Below are positions 49,816-59,287 of a DNA stretch of 64,000 nucleotides, one piece after another. The notes beneath the pieces were generated by a model that ran no database searches, was not told the DNA's origin, and worked only from the letters and a program-made list of their open reading frames with translations. Made by a program: the position numbers and the translations under genes. Every line of letters starts with the position of its first letter. Position 1 is the stretch's first letter. This DNA comes from Candidatus Methylomirabilia bacterium (GTDB lineage Bacteria > Methylomirabilota > Methylomirabilia > Rokubacteriales > CSP1-6). The stretch covers positions 14,948-78,947 of the forward strand of contig JBHIBG010000008.1 in the NCBI GenBank assembly GCA_046758965.1, in the 5' to 3' direction.

Positions 49816-50559
49816 ATGGGTCTGGACGAATCTCTCGGCATCGCTGTGGCCTTTTCCGCCGGCCTGCTCTCCTTCCTCTCCCCCTGCGTGCTCCCGCTGT
49901 TCCCCTCCTACCTTTCCCTGATCACCGGCATGTCGGTCCCCGCGCTTGCAGCAGAGGTCAGCGGGCAGGCGCGCCGGAAAGTCATGGCGCACTCGCTCGC
50001 CTTCATCGTTGGGTTCTCCTTGGTATTCGTGGCCCTCGGCGCGTCGTTCAGCGCCGCCGGCCAGCTCCTGCTGGATTACCGCGATTGGATCCGGCAGGTG
50101 GGGGGCGCCCTCATCATCGTCTTCGGCCTTTACATCGGGGGGTTCCTCCGCATTGGCTGGCTCAACCGCACCAAGCAGCTTCAGATCACGACTCATCCAG
50201 GCAGCGCTGCCGGCTCTCTTCTTGTGGGGGTGACCTTCGCGATCGGGTGGACCCCGTGTGTGGGACCGATCCTGGGTTCGATCCTCTCCCTGGCCGGGAC
50301 TGCGGAGACCTTCGGGAATGGTGTGGGGCTCCTCGTGGCTTACTCCATCGGGCTCGCCGTGCCGTTCTTCCTCTCCTCGCTGGCGCTGGGGGGATTCCTG
50401 GGCTTCTTCAAACGCTACCGCCCGCTGATGGGGGTGGTGGAGCGCACCGCGGGCGTCCTCTTGGTGATCGTAGGGCTCCTCGTGCTCACCAACTACTTCG
50501 CCGTCCTCAATTCCTACGCCATCAGCCTCACCCCCGAGTGGCTCTTCAAGTACCTCTAG
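49816..50559 (+). CDS. ccdA: Cytochrome c biogenesis protein CcdA
   Basis: SFLSPCVLP and GWTPCVGP motifs; membrane protein. Confidence 0.9.
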   Translation: MGLDESLGIAVAFSAGLLSFLSPCVLPLFPSYLSLITGMSVPALAAEVSGQARRKVMAHSLAFIVGFSLVFVALGASFSAAGQLLLDYRDWIRQVGGALIIVFGLYIGGFLRIGWLNRTKQLQITTHPGSAAGSLLVGVTFAIGWTPCVGPILGSILSLAGTAETFGNGVGLLVAYSIGLAVPFFLSSLALGGFLGFFKRYRPLMGVVERTAGVLLVIVGLLVLTNYFAVLNSYAISLTPEWLFKYL

Positions 50560-50603
50560 AGTGCCCCCTTCAATTTGCCCCGCATTTCTGCCATCCTAGC
50601 GCC

Positions 50604-51515
50604 ATGGATCGGGTGCGCGTATGCGTGCCGGCCACCTCCGCGAACCTCGGGCCGGCATTTGATGCCTTGGGCCTGGCCTTGGCCCTCCACAATGAGGTGA
50701 CCCTGGAGCCCGCGGATTCAGTGGTGGTCACCATCGAGGGGGAGGGCGCCTCCCAGCTCGACCGGACCGCCAATAACGTGGTGGTGAGGGGGGCCCGAGC
50801 CGTCTATGAGCTGGTCGGGCGTCGGTTCACCGGGCTCAAGGTCGCCTGCGTGAACCGCATCCCTCCGAGCCGGGGCCTCGGGTCCAGCGCTGCGGCCTGG
50901 CTCGGTGGGATAGCCGGGGCCAACGCCCTCCTCGGTGAACCGCTGGATGGGCAGGGGCTCCTTGACCTCGCCGCCTCACGGGAGGGGCACCCGGACAACG
51001 TCGCGGCTGCGCTCTTGGGCGGCCTCACCGTATCCTGCTGGAACGGCGGAAAGGTCTTGGCGGTCTCCCTTCCGGTTCCCGTTGAAATCAGCTGGGTGGT
51101 GCTGGCTCCCGAGGTTGAAGGCTCTACGGCCGAGGCGAGGGCTGTGCTCCCTCAGAGCGTGCCGCGAGCCGACGCGGTGTTCAACCTCCAGCGCGTGGCC
51201 CTCTTTCTCGGCGGGCTCCAACTCAAGCGCCAGGATCTGCTCGCGGTGGCCATGGAGGACCGGCTCCACCAGCCCTATCGGCGTCGCCTCTTTCCCTGGA
51301 TGGAGGCCGTGGTCGCCGCTGCGCGCGCCGCGGGGGCGATCGGGTGCGTTCTGAGTGGGGCCGGTCCCTCGCTCCTTGCCGCCGCGCCCCACTCCCCCGA
51401 GGCCGTGGGGCGCGCGATGGAGAGGGCCCTCGCCCAGGCGGGCGTTCAGGGGCGAGCCCACGTCCTGAAGGTTGACCGTGCCGGGACGGTTTGGGAGGTT
51501 GGACAAGGGCCTTGA
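50604..51515 (+). CDS. thrB: Homoserine kinase
   Basis: VPATSANLGP.FD, P.SRGLGSS, EGHPDN, LHQPYR, SGAGP. Confidence 0.93.
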   Translation: MDRVRVCVPATSANLGPAFDALGLALALHNEVTLEPADSVVVTIEGEGASQLDRTANNVVVRGARAVYELVGRRFTGLKVACVNRIPPSRGLGSSAAAWLGGIAGANALLGEPLDGQGLLDLAASREGHPDNVAAALLGGLTVSCWNGGKVLAVSLPVPVEISWVVLAPEVEGSTAEARAVLPQSVPRADAVFNLQRVALFLGGLQLKRQDLLAVAMEDRLHQPYRRRLFPWMEAVVAAARAAGAIGCVLSGAGPSLLAAAPHSPEAVGRAMERALAQAGVQGRAHVLKVDRAGTVWEVGQGP

Positions 51516-51540
51516 CGGCCCCCGAGGCGTCTGCTAAGGT
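51512..51540 (+). promoter_or_regulatory. Sigma70-like promoter of the zinc-ribbon gene
   Basis: TTGACG-17 nt-TAAGGT with extended TG. Confidence 0.55.
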
Positions 51541-51778
51541 TCCCTCAACGTTTTCCCTTCTCTCTATCTGGAACGTATCGATCTGGAAGACGACACGTAG
51601 AGACTCCTGACGCGCTCACCGATGGCTCCCGACGTACGTTCCGGCTCAATCGTCTTGTCCATCCGGAGGCTCCCCCTCCAGAGAGCGGGATGCCGGGCGA
51701 TTCCAGGTGTCCGTGGGCAGCCGCGTCCGGTCGAGCCCGAACCCGATTTAACCTTCACCCGTCAGGGAGATCAGGCCG

Positions 51779-52102
51779 ATGGACTTCCAGGATAAAGTGC
51801 TGGAGTGTCGGGAGTGCGGGAAGGAGTTCCTCTTCTCAGCGGGCGAGCAGGCCTTCTATGCCGAGAAGGGTTTTCAGCACCAGCCGTCCCGCTGCAGGGA
51901 CTGCCGGGGTGCCCGGCGGCCGGGGAGTGAGCGGGGGGCCTCCGGGGCGCGACAGCTCTTCGAGGCGGTCTGCTCGTCCTGCGGGAAAAGCACCCAAGTC
52001 CCCTTCAAGCCCACGCCCGGGAAGCCGGTCTACTGCCGCGAGTGCTACAGCAAGCGTGGCCGGTGGGGCGGCCAGCGGAGCTCGATGGCAGTCGAGCCCT
52101 AG
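51779..52102 (+). CDS. Double zinc-ribbon protein (zf-trcl-like plus CxxC-x17-CxxC)
   Basis: CRECG..F.FSAGEQ.FY..KGF...P.RCRDC; CSSCG....VPF.P....PVYCREC. Confidence 0.9.
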   Translation: MDFQDKVLECRECGKEFLFSAGEQAFYAEKGFQHQPSRCRDCRGARRPGSERGASGARQLFEAVCSSCGKSTQVPFKPTPGKPVYCRECYSKRGRWGGQRSSMAVEP

Positions 52103-52298
52103 TCGGGTCGGCACGGGCATCGGCGCGGCCGTCGGCCGTTGGTTCGCTGACGCGGCCCACGAGCACGCCGGGAGCTCCTGTCTCGCGTTCTCGTTGGGGT
52201 AGCCCCCCCGCCGTGGCCCTCGCGCGCGCCGGGACGTCATACAAAGCTCATCGCGGCCGCGGGGGGGAGTTCCGGGCTCGGCTCCCCCCTGTGAGAAC

Positions 52299-52328
52299 TT
52301 GACGTGTGAATCCAGGCGGCAGTACGAT
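52299..52328 (+). promoter_or_regulatory. Sigma70-like promoter of dcd
   Basis: TTGACG-18 nt-TACGAT. Confidence 0.5.
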
Positions 52329-52360
52329 CGGACTTACGCGCAGACGAGGGTCGGCGGCCC

Positions 52361-52912
52361 ATGATCAAGAATGACGCGTGGATCAAGCGGATGGCGTTGG
52401 AAAAGGGGATGATCGCCCCGTTCGAGGAGTGGCAGCTGCGGCGAGGAACGATCTCCTTCGGGCTCTCCTCTTACGGCTACGACATCCGAATCGCCGACGA
52501 ATTCAAGATCTTCACGAATATCAACACCACCATCGTGGACCCCAAGGCGTTCGATTCCCGAAGCTTCGTCGATTTCAAAGGAGCGGAATGCATCATCCCC
52601 CCCAACTCCTTCGCCCTTGGGCGATCGGTGGAATACTTCAGGATTCCCCGGAATGTCCTCACGATTTGCGTCGGGAAGTCGACCTATGCGCGCTGCGGAA
52701 TCATCACGAACGTGACGCCGTTTGAGCCGGAGTGGGAAGGGTACGTCACGCTGGAGATTTCCAATACGACCCCGCTCCCGGCGAAGATCTACGCGAACGA
52801 GGGGATCGCGCAAGTCCTGTTCTTTGAGTCTGACGAAGCGTGTCTGGCCTCCTATGAGGACCGGGCCGGGAAATACCAACGCCAGGCAGGGATCGCGCTC
52901 CCCACGGTGTGA
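52361..52912 (+). CDS. dcd: dCTP deaminase
   Basis: [35 protein letters not shown]. Confidence 0.95.
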   Translation: MIKNDAWIKRMALEKGMIAPFEEWQLRRGTISFGLSSYGYDIRIADEFKIFTNINTTIVDPKAFDSRSFVDFKGAECIIPPNSFALGRSVEYFRIPRNVLTICVGKSTYARCGIITNVTPFEPEWEGYVTLEISNTTPLPAKIYANEGIAQVLFFESDEACLASYEDRAGKYQRQAGIALPTV

Positions 52913-53089
52913 GGCGGGCGCGAGGCGATTTGAATTTTGCCGGAAAGAAGGTTACGGTAGTAGGGTAGATGCCCGGCCTGGTCTGCTTCGGGGACCGGTG
53001 GGGAGGTCGCGGGGCGAGGCCGGGGGTCGCGGTCCCTGGTCGGGGTTCCGGTGCCGGCTCGCTCACGGAGCCGAGGAGGCAAATCCTGC

Positions 53090-53287
53090 ATGGCTGAGCA
53101 GAGACGGAAGGTCGAGCGGCCCAGAGGCCCGTCAGAGGGTGACAGCGGTGGCGCGAGCACCGAAGTCGCCAAGAAAGGCAAGCGGCTCAAGGAAGAACTG
53201 GACAAGCTTCTGGATGAGATCGACGATATCCTCGAAGAAAACGCCGAGGAGTTCGTGAAGAGCTACGTCCAGCGGGGAGGCCAGTAG
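53090..53287 (+). CDS. pup: Prokaryotic ubiquitin-like protein Pup (65 aa, GGQ terminus)
   Basis: LLDEIDDILEENAEEFVKSYVQRGGQ matches the Pup C-terminal signature; disordered N-half; GGAGG RBS. Confidence 0.9.
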   Translation: MAEQRRKVERPRGPSEGDSGGASTEVAKKGKRLKEELDKLLDEIDDILEENAEEFVKSYVQRGGQ

Positions 53288-53293
53288 TCCGAG

Positions 53294-53500
53294 ATGCCGA
53301 TCTACGAGTACTCCTGTCCGAAATGCGGGGTGGACTTCGAGAAGCTGGTCTCCGGCCAGTGGGATGCGAGATGCCCGAGCTGCGGCAGCCCGGACGTCAA
53401 GCGGCTCGTGTCCCTGGTCGGGGTGAAGAGTGGAAGCACCTTTGTCGCCTCCAGGGGTGGCGGTTGCGGCTGCACGCCTGGAGGATGCGGGTGCCGCTGA
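53294..53500 (+). CDS. FmdB-family zinc-ribbon protein
   Basis: MPIYEYSCPKCG..FE...CPSCGS; Gly/Cys-rich tail. Confidence 0.88.
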   Translation: MPIYEYSCPKCGVDFEKLVSGQWDARCPSCGSPDVKRLVSLVGVKSGSTFVASRGGGCGCTPGGCGCR

Positions 53501-53526
53501 GTTCCGGGCGCACTCACGATCCGGCG

Positions 53527-53551
53527 AGGGGCCATCATGGGGCCCCTTTTT
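53527..53551 (+). terminator. Rho-independent terminator after pup-fmdB
   Basis: AGGGGCC-ATCATGG-GGCCCCT followed by TTTT. Confidence 0.7.
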
Positions 53552-53670
53552 ACTCCGAGCTATTCCCCGAGACCCGTCGTTGTTCCGACGCCCGAGTGTC
53601 GCCCTCGTCGCCACCCTGATTTCCACGGGGTTGACCATGGTGGGTCGCTTCACGTGAGGGCAAGCTGACC

Positions 53671-54573
53671 GTGGATCTTCGACAACTTGAGATATTCAGC
53701 AAGGTGGCCGAGCTGCGGAGCTTCTCCAAGGCCGCGCAGGCCCTCTTCCTGACTCAACCCACCGTCTCCGAGCACATTCGTGCGCTGGAGGACGAGGTCG
53801 GGACTCGCCTGCTGGACCGGCTTGGCCGCGGCGCGGCCCCGACCAAGGCCGGAGAGCTCCTCCTCGGCTATGCCCGGCGGATCCTCCAGCTCCATCGCGA
53901 GGCGCGTCAGGCTTTGGAGCTGTTCCAGGGCCGGATCAGCGGCGAGCTGGTGGTGGGCGCCAGCACTATTCCCGGCGAGTACGTTCTTCCCGCGGTCATC
54001 GGCCGCTTCAAGGAGAAGTACCCGGAGATCTCCATTTCGCTCTTGATCGGCGATACCCAGCAGGTGCTGGAGTGGGTCCGAGAGGGGAAGGTGGAAGTGG
54101 GGATGGTGGGCGCCCGGATTCCTCAGCCGGTCCTGGAGTACAAGGAGCTGATGCCCGACGAGCTGGTGGTGGTGGTCTCCTCCGACCACCCGTGGCGCGG
54201 GAGGAAAACCGTCACGCTGGAGGAGGTCCAGGGGGAGCCGCTCATCGTACGGGAGCGGGGCTCCGGCTCCCGGCACGCCCTGGAGCGGGCTCTTGGGGAG
54301 GTGGGCGTGGACCTCATGGCCTTCCGCGTTGTGGGAGAAATGGGCTCCACCCAGGCGATCAAGCAGGCGGTCAGGGCGGGAGTCGGGATTTCGCTGATCT
54401 CCAAGCGGGCCGTGGAGCTTGAATGCCGGGCCGACCTCGTCTGGTGCGTGAAGGTGAAGGATCTGAGCTTTGCCCGCTCATTCTACCTGGTCACCCACCG
54501 GGACCGCTCTCGCTCTCCCCTGGCCGAGGCCTTTCGGGGTTTCCTTGAGAGTGAGGCGGCAAGCGGGTCGTGA
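53671..54573 (+). CDS. LysR-family regulator (CysL-like; selenium-metabolism-associated by context)
   Basis: SFSKAA..L.LTQPTVS HTH; GASTIPGEY; RERGSG; directly upstream of selD. Confidence 0.88.
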   Translation: MDLRQLEIFSKVAELRSFSKAAQALFLTQPTVSEHIRALEDEVGTRLLDRLGRGAAPTKAGELLLGYARRILQLHREARQALELFQGRISGELVVGASTIPGEYVLPAVIGRFKEKYPEISISLLIGDTQQVLEWVREGKVEVGMVGARIPQPVLEYKELMPDELVVVVSSDHPWRGRKTVTLEEVQGEPLIVRERGSGSRHALERALGEVGVDLMAFRVVGEMGSTQAIKQAVRAGVGISLISKRAVELECRADLVWCVKVKDLSFARSFYLVTHRDRSRSPLAEAFRGFLESEAASGS

Positions 54574-54639
54574 AACCGGCCCGGCGTCTGGCGCATCGTA
54601 GAATATGAGGAGCTGAGTCGTCGCGAGGAGTGAGAGATC

Positions 54640-55719
54640 ATGGCTGACGCCAAGCTGACCGCTCCGCCCTCCGGGAAGGAGATCCGACTCACCAGCTATG
54701 CCGCCTGTGCCGGCTGAGCCTCGAAGATGGGGCCCGGCGAGCTCCAGGCTGTCCTGTCGGATCTCAAGCGCCATGACCACCCCGACCTCCTGGTGGGGTT
54801 GGCCAGGCAGGATGACGCGGCGGTCTATCGGATCACGGACGACGTCGCGATCATCGAGACGGTGGACTTCTTCCCCCCGATCGTGGATGACCCGTACCTC
54901 TACGGCGCGATTGCAGCGGCCAACTCCATGTCCGATGTGTACGCCATGGGCGGCCAGGTGATCTTTGCCCTGAACGTCGCTGGCTTTCCGCGGGGTTTGC
55001 CGAAGGAAGTCATCGCCGAGATCTTCAGGGGCGGGGCCGACAAGGTGGTTGAGGCCGGCGGCGTCATGGCGGGAGGGCACACCCTGGTGGACGCCGAGCC
55101 GAAGTACGGGCTCTGCGTGACCGGCCGTATCCACCCGAAGGCGATCTTCGTGAAGGGCGGACTCCGGCCGGGCGACCGGCTCTTCCTCTCCAAGCCCTTG
55201 GGAACGGGAGTCATTGCCACGGCGGCGAAGGCAGGCGATTGCTCTCCCGAAATGCTCGATGGGGCGATCAAGAGCATGCTCCGGCTGAACCGGGTAGCGT
55301 GCGAAGTCGCGCAGGCGCTGGGAACTCGGGGCGCCACCGACATCACAGGCTTCGGTCTTCTCGGTCATGTCGGCGAGATGGTGGAGGCCTCAGGGGCCGG
55401 AGCGGCGATCCGCGCCTCAAGCCTCCCGCTTCTGGCCGGGGCCTTGAGCCTGGCTGGGAAAGGCCATTTGAGCGGAGGGATGAAGCGAAACAAGCGGCAT
55501 GTCGAGGCGACGTTCGGAGGCGATGGACGACTCTCTATCGACGCGAGCCTCGCCGAGCCGCTGGTGAACGTGCTCTTCGAGTCCGAGACTTCGGGCGGCC
55601 TCTTTTTTTCGGTGGACGCTTCTCGCTCGGGCAAGGTCATCGAGCGCTTCCGAGAGCGGGGAGAGCCTTGCTGGGAGATCGGTGAAGTGATCGCCGAGCC
55701 CAAGATCAGCGTGGCATAG
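54640..55719 (+). CDS. selD: Selenide, water dikinase, Sec-containing (359 aa, Sec26)
   Basis: ATG 54640 after GAGGAG; RLTSYAACAG-U-ASKM (TGA 54715-54717); DDAAVY, TVDFF.PIVDDP, ANSMSDVYAMGG, TDITGFGLLGH. Confidence 0.95.
54718..54749 (+). promoter_or_regulatory. SECIS-like element (selD)
   Basis: 11 nt after the TGA: GGGGCCC-GGC-GAGCTCC (one mismatch); lower stem GCCT/AGGC. Confidence 0.72.
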
Positions 55720-55893
55720 GCCGCGCTACCCACGCCTCTGGCGCCGGCCTGAGCGAGTTCCTCGTCCTCATCGAGCCGCCCTATTTTCATCGCCGTCTTC
55801 TATCGAGAATACCAATTTGTCTATTTGGGAAATTCCTATAGGATAGATATGTAGTGTGGGGAATGACGCGGAAAATCCGCTCGGGAGGCCTTG

Positions 55894-56748
55894 ATGAGAA
55901 AAGTCGTGTGCGTCCTCGCGTTGCTGCTGATCGCTGCCTCAGTCGACGCTGGCGAGGTCCCCGACGTTCTCAGGGTCTCGGCCATTCCTGACGAGAACCC
56001 CAACGAGCTGCTTCGGATCTATCGGCCGTTCGTCGACTACCTCTCTCGCGAGCTCGGGACGAAGGTCAAGTTCACCCCGGTCATCGACTACGCCGCGACC
56101 GTGGAGGGGCTGGTCGCCAAGAAGCTGGACCTGGTCTGGTACGGCGGGTTCACCTCGGTGCAGGCCGTGAGGCGCACGAACGGCAACGCCACGCGGCTGG
56201 TGATGCGCGAGGAGGACGCCGAGTTCAAGTCCGTGTTCATCACGCGGAAGGATACCGAGATCAAGACCCTGGAGGATCTCAAGGGAAGGACCTTCTCCTT
56301 CGGGAGCGTCTCCTCCACCTCCGGGCACCTGATGCCCCGCTACTTCCTTCTGAAGCGCGGCATCCAGCCTGAACAGGACCTGAAGCAGGTGGCGTTCTCC
56401 GGGGCCCACGACGCGACCGCGCTCTGGGTGCAGTCGGGGAAGGTGGACGCCGGAGCCCTGAACTTCCTGGTGTGGGACAAGCTGGTGAAGAGCAAGACGG
56501 TGGACACGGCGAAGGTCGTGGTCTTCTGGACTACTCCCCCCTACGCGGACTACGTCTGGACTGTCCGCGGGGACCTGGACCGGGGGCTCCAGGAGAAGAT
56601 CGCCTCGGCTTTTCTGAAGCTGGATTACAGGAACCTCGCGCACAAGCGCCTCCTCGACCTCCACCGGACTAAGAAATACATCCGGGCCTACGACGAAGAG
56701 TGGAAGGGGATCGAGCAGGCGGCCATCGCAGCGGGGCTCTTAAAGTAG
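55894..56748 (+). CDS. PhnD-like substrate-binding protein (putative selenate/selenium-compound ABC subfamily)
   Basis: SAIPDE, VWYGGFTSVQA, GS.SSTSGHLMPRYFL, FSGAHDAT; adjacent to selD. Confidence 0.82.
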   Translation: MRKVVCVLALLLIAASVDAGEVPDVLRVSAIPDENPNELLRIYRPFVDYLSRELGTKVKFTPVIDYAATVEGLVAKKLDLVWYGGFTSVQAVRRTNGNATRLVMREEDAEFKSVFITRKDTEIKTLEDLKGRTFSFGSVSSTSGHLMPRYFLLKRGIQPEQDLKQVAFSGAHDATALWVQSGKVDAGALNFLVWDKLVKSKTVDTAKVVVFWTTPPYADYVWTVRGDLDRGLQEKIASAFLKLDYRNLAHKRLLDLHRTKKYIRAYDEEWKGIEQAAIAAGLLK

Positions 56749-56759
56749 CGATCGCCCGA

Positions 56760-57575
56760 ATGATGTACGAGCTCCAGAACCTCCGGAAGGTGTTCAGCGA
56801 CGGCTCGGTAGCCCTGGACGGGGTCTCCCTGATCATCGGGGCGGGGGAGCATGTCGCGTTTATCGGTCCCAGCGGCTCGGGGAAAACCACGCTCTTTCGC
56901 CTCATGAACCTCACGCTCCGACCCACCGGGGGAGCCATACGCCTGGACGGCGTGGACGTTTCTCGCTTCAGCGAATCCGAGCTCCGCCGGGCTCGACGGC
57001 GCATCGGGACGATCTATCAGCAGGGGAACCTGGTCGGACGCCTCCGCGTGGTCCACAACGTGCTGGCCGGCCACCTCGGCCGCTGGTCAACCGTCACGGC
57101 CTTCTCTTCGCTGATCCGCCCGCGGGGCGTGGAAGGGGCCCAGCGGACGCTGGGCCAGGTGGGAATCCCGGAGAAGCTCTATTCCCGGACTGACGAGCTC
57201 TCCGGAGGTCAGCGGCAGCGGGTGGCCATCGCGCGGATCCTGGTGCAGAACCCGGACGTCATCCTGGCCGACGAGCCGGTCTCCTCCGTGGACCCCTCGC
57301 TGGCCGTGAGCATCGTGACGCTCCTTCGCGATCTCTCGGCCGAGTCCCGTAAGACGCTCTTGACGAACCTCCACAGCGTAGAGCTGGCTCTGGGCTATTT
57401 CCCCCGCATCGTGGGGGTTCGCAGTGGTCAGGTACTCTTCGACCTCCCCCCTGACAAAATCACGCCGGAGCTGCTTGGGGAGCTCTACGCCGGACACGAG
57501 ACGGGGGATCCCCACTCCGAGCGCGACAATGAGGCCACTGTCATCGGGCGCGCCTGCCGACCGATTCGGACGTAA
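56760..57575 (+). CDS. PhnC-like ABC ATPase
   Basis: GPSGSGKTT, LSGGQRQRVAIAR, ADEPVSSVDP. Confidence 0.9.
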   Translation: MMYELQNLRKVFSDGSVALDGVSLIIGAGEHVAFIGPSGSGKTTLFRLMNLTLRPTGGAIRLDGVDVSRFSESELRRARRRIGTIYQQGNLVGRLRVVHNVLAGHLGRWSTVTAFSSLIRPRGVEGAQRTLGQVGIPEKLYSRTDELSGGQRQRVAIARILVQNPDVILADEPVSSVDPSLAVSIVTLLRDLSAESRKTLLTNLHSVELALGYFPRIVGVRSGQVLFDLPPDKITPELLGELYAGHETGDPHSERDNEATVIGRACRPIRT

Positions 57576-58389
57576 GTCGGCGTTCCCCTATCTCTTCGCC
57601 TTCTTCTTCCTCGCCTCGCTCTCTCTCTCGCTCCACGTGGCCCAGGTGGACCCGCGCCTCCTCGTGGAGCCGGAGGCGCTGGCCAACCTGGGGCGGTTTG
57701 TCCGCGGCATGTTCCCGCCCGAGCTCTCCTGGTCTTTCCTCTCCCTGCTGGGACGACCGATCATCGAGACCATACAGATCTCGATCATGGGGACGACCCT
57801 CGCCTGCCTCGTCGCCATTCCCCTGGGGCTCCTCGCCACCAGCACCCTGAGCTGGAGCGGGATTCTTCACGAGCGCGGCCGGATCGAACGCCGGTGGCTC
57901 CTCGGATTCGTTCCGTACGCGCTGGCCCGGGGGCTCCTCTCCGTCTTCCGCTCGGTCCCCGAGTTTGTGTGGGCCTTGGTCTTTGTCCGGGCCGTGGGGC
58001 TGGGGCCGTTCGCCGGGGTCCTCGCCCTGGGGATCGCCTACGGGGGAATTCTGGGGAAGGTCTACTCCGAAATCCTCGAGGGCGTGGACGCCCGCCCGCT
58101 CGAGGCTCTCCATGCCGCCGGATCAGGAAAGCTCGGGATCGTTCTCTACGGGCTCCTCCCCCAGGCGCTCCCCAACGTCATCTCCTACACGCTCTACCGC
58201 TGGGAGTGCGCCATCCGGGCCTCGGCCATCCTCGGCTTCGTGGGGGCGGGGGGACTCGGGCTGCAGATCGAGCTCTCGATGCGCATGTTCCAGTTTAACG
58301 AGGTGCTCACGCTCCTCGGTGTCCTCTTCTTCCTGGTGGCAGCCGTGGACCTGATCAGCGGGAAGCTCCGGGGAGCCGTGGTGAGGTAG
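57529..58389 (+). CDS. PhnE-like ABC permease 1
   Basis: RSVPE.VWAL.FV..VGLGP, YRWE..IR....LG.VGAGG.G. Confidence 0.9.
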   Translation: MRPLSSGAPADRFGRKSAFPYLFAFFFLASLSLSLHVAQVDPRLLVEPEALANLGRFVRGMFPPELSWSFLSLLGRPIIETIQISIMGTTLACLVAIPLGLLATSTLSWSGILHERGRIERRWLLGFVPYALARGLLSVFRSVPEFVWALVFVRAVGLGPFAGVLALGIAYGGILGKVYSEILEGVDARPLEALHAAGSGKLGIVLYGLLPQALPNVISYTLYRWECAIRASAILGFVGAGGLGLQIELSMRMFQFNEVLTLLGVLFFLVAAVDLISGKLRGAVVR

Positions 58390-58391
58390 CC

Positions 58392-59222
58392 GTGGATCGG
58401 GTTCAGCGGCCTCTCCTGCCCTGGCTCATCACCGCCGGCTTCGTGGCGCTGATCCTCTGGAGCGCTCACGGCACCGAGGTGGACCTGCCGAGCCTCCTGG
58501 CAGGAGAGGGGGTCAGGCAGATGCTGAGCTACGCGGGCAAGCTCTTCCCCCCGGACCTCTCTGCCCCGGTGCTTCGCCAGGCTCTCGTGGGAGCCGTGGA
58601 GACCTTTGCCATCTCGCTCGTCGGGAGCCTCCTGGCGGTGGCCGTCGCGTTGCCGCTTTCGGTGCTGACCATGCGCACGATCCTCTACCGGGGGATCCTC
58701 TACGAAGGGCGCCAGCTCGGGAGGGGGTCCCGGGCTCTCCGGATGGGCGTGTACGCCCTAGGCAAGGCCCTGCTGAACGTGCTTCGCACCATCCCGGAGA
58801 TCGTGTGGGCGCTTTTGTTTGTCTTCCTCGTGGGACTGGGACCGTTCCCCGGCGTGCTGGCTCTAGGGGTCCACACGGGAGGCGTGCTGGGGAAGCTCTT
58901 CGGGGAGGTGCTGGAGGATGTGGATCCTCGCCCCCTGGAGGCGCTCCAGTCTACCGGAGCGAGCCGGCTTCGGATCCTCCTCTACGGCGTGCTCCCTCAG
59001 GCCCTTCCGCAATTCCTCGCCTACGCCCTCTACCGGTGGGAGGTGAACATCCGGGCGGCCGCCATCCTGGGCTTCGTGGGGGCTGGCGGGCTCGGCCAGC
59101 GGATTCACATCGCCATCAGCCTCTTCCTCGAGAACCAGCTCCTGACGCTGCTTCTCGCCCTCTATCTGATGGTGACGCTGGTCGATGCGCTGAGCGCATA
59201 TCTCAGGCGAAAGCTGATCTGA
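58392..59222 (+). CDS. PhnE-like ABC permease 2
   Basis: RTIPEIVWAL, YRWEVNIR.A.ILG.VGAGGLG. Confidence 0.9.
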   Translation: MDRVQRPLLPWLITAGFVALILWSAHGTEVDLPSLLAGEGVRQMLSYAGKLFPPDLSAPVLRQALVGAVETFAISLVGSLLAVAVALPLSVLTMRTILYRGILYEGRQLGRGSRALRMGVYALGKALLNVLRTIPEIVWALLFVFLVGLGPFPGVLALGVHTGGVLGKLFGEVLEDVDPRPLEALQSTGASRLRILLYGVLPQALPQFLAYALYRWEVNIRAAAILGFVGAGGLGQRIHIAISLFLENQLLTLLLALYLMVTLVDALSAYLRRKLI

Positions 59223-59287
59223 CAAAAATGGGGGGGAATCGGGGAATAAGCCCGGCGAGGGGGATGTTCTATGGGGTGGAGGGTTGC

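Noticed and set aside
53090..53287. UBact instead of Pup
   Set aside because: The LDEID..LEENAEEFV..YVQ.GGQ terminus is the Pup signature; UBact ends in an R(T/S)G(E/Q)-type motif.
53498..53551. Sec read-through of the FmdB-type gene's TGA
   Set aside because: The domain is complete, the extension looks non-protein-like, no clear hairpin at +11, and a terminator follows.
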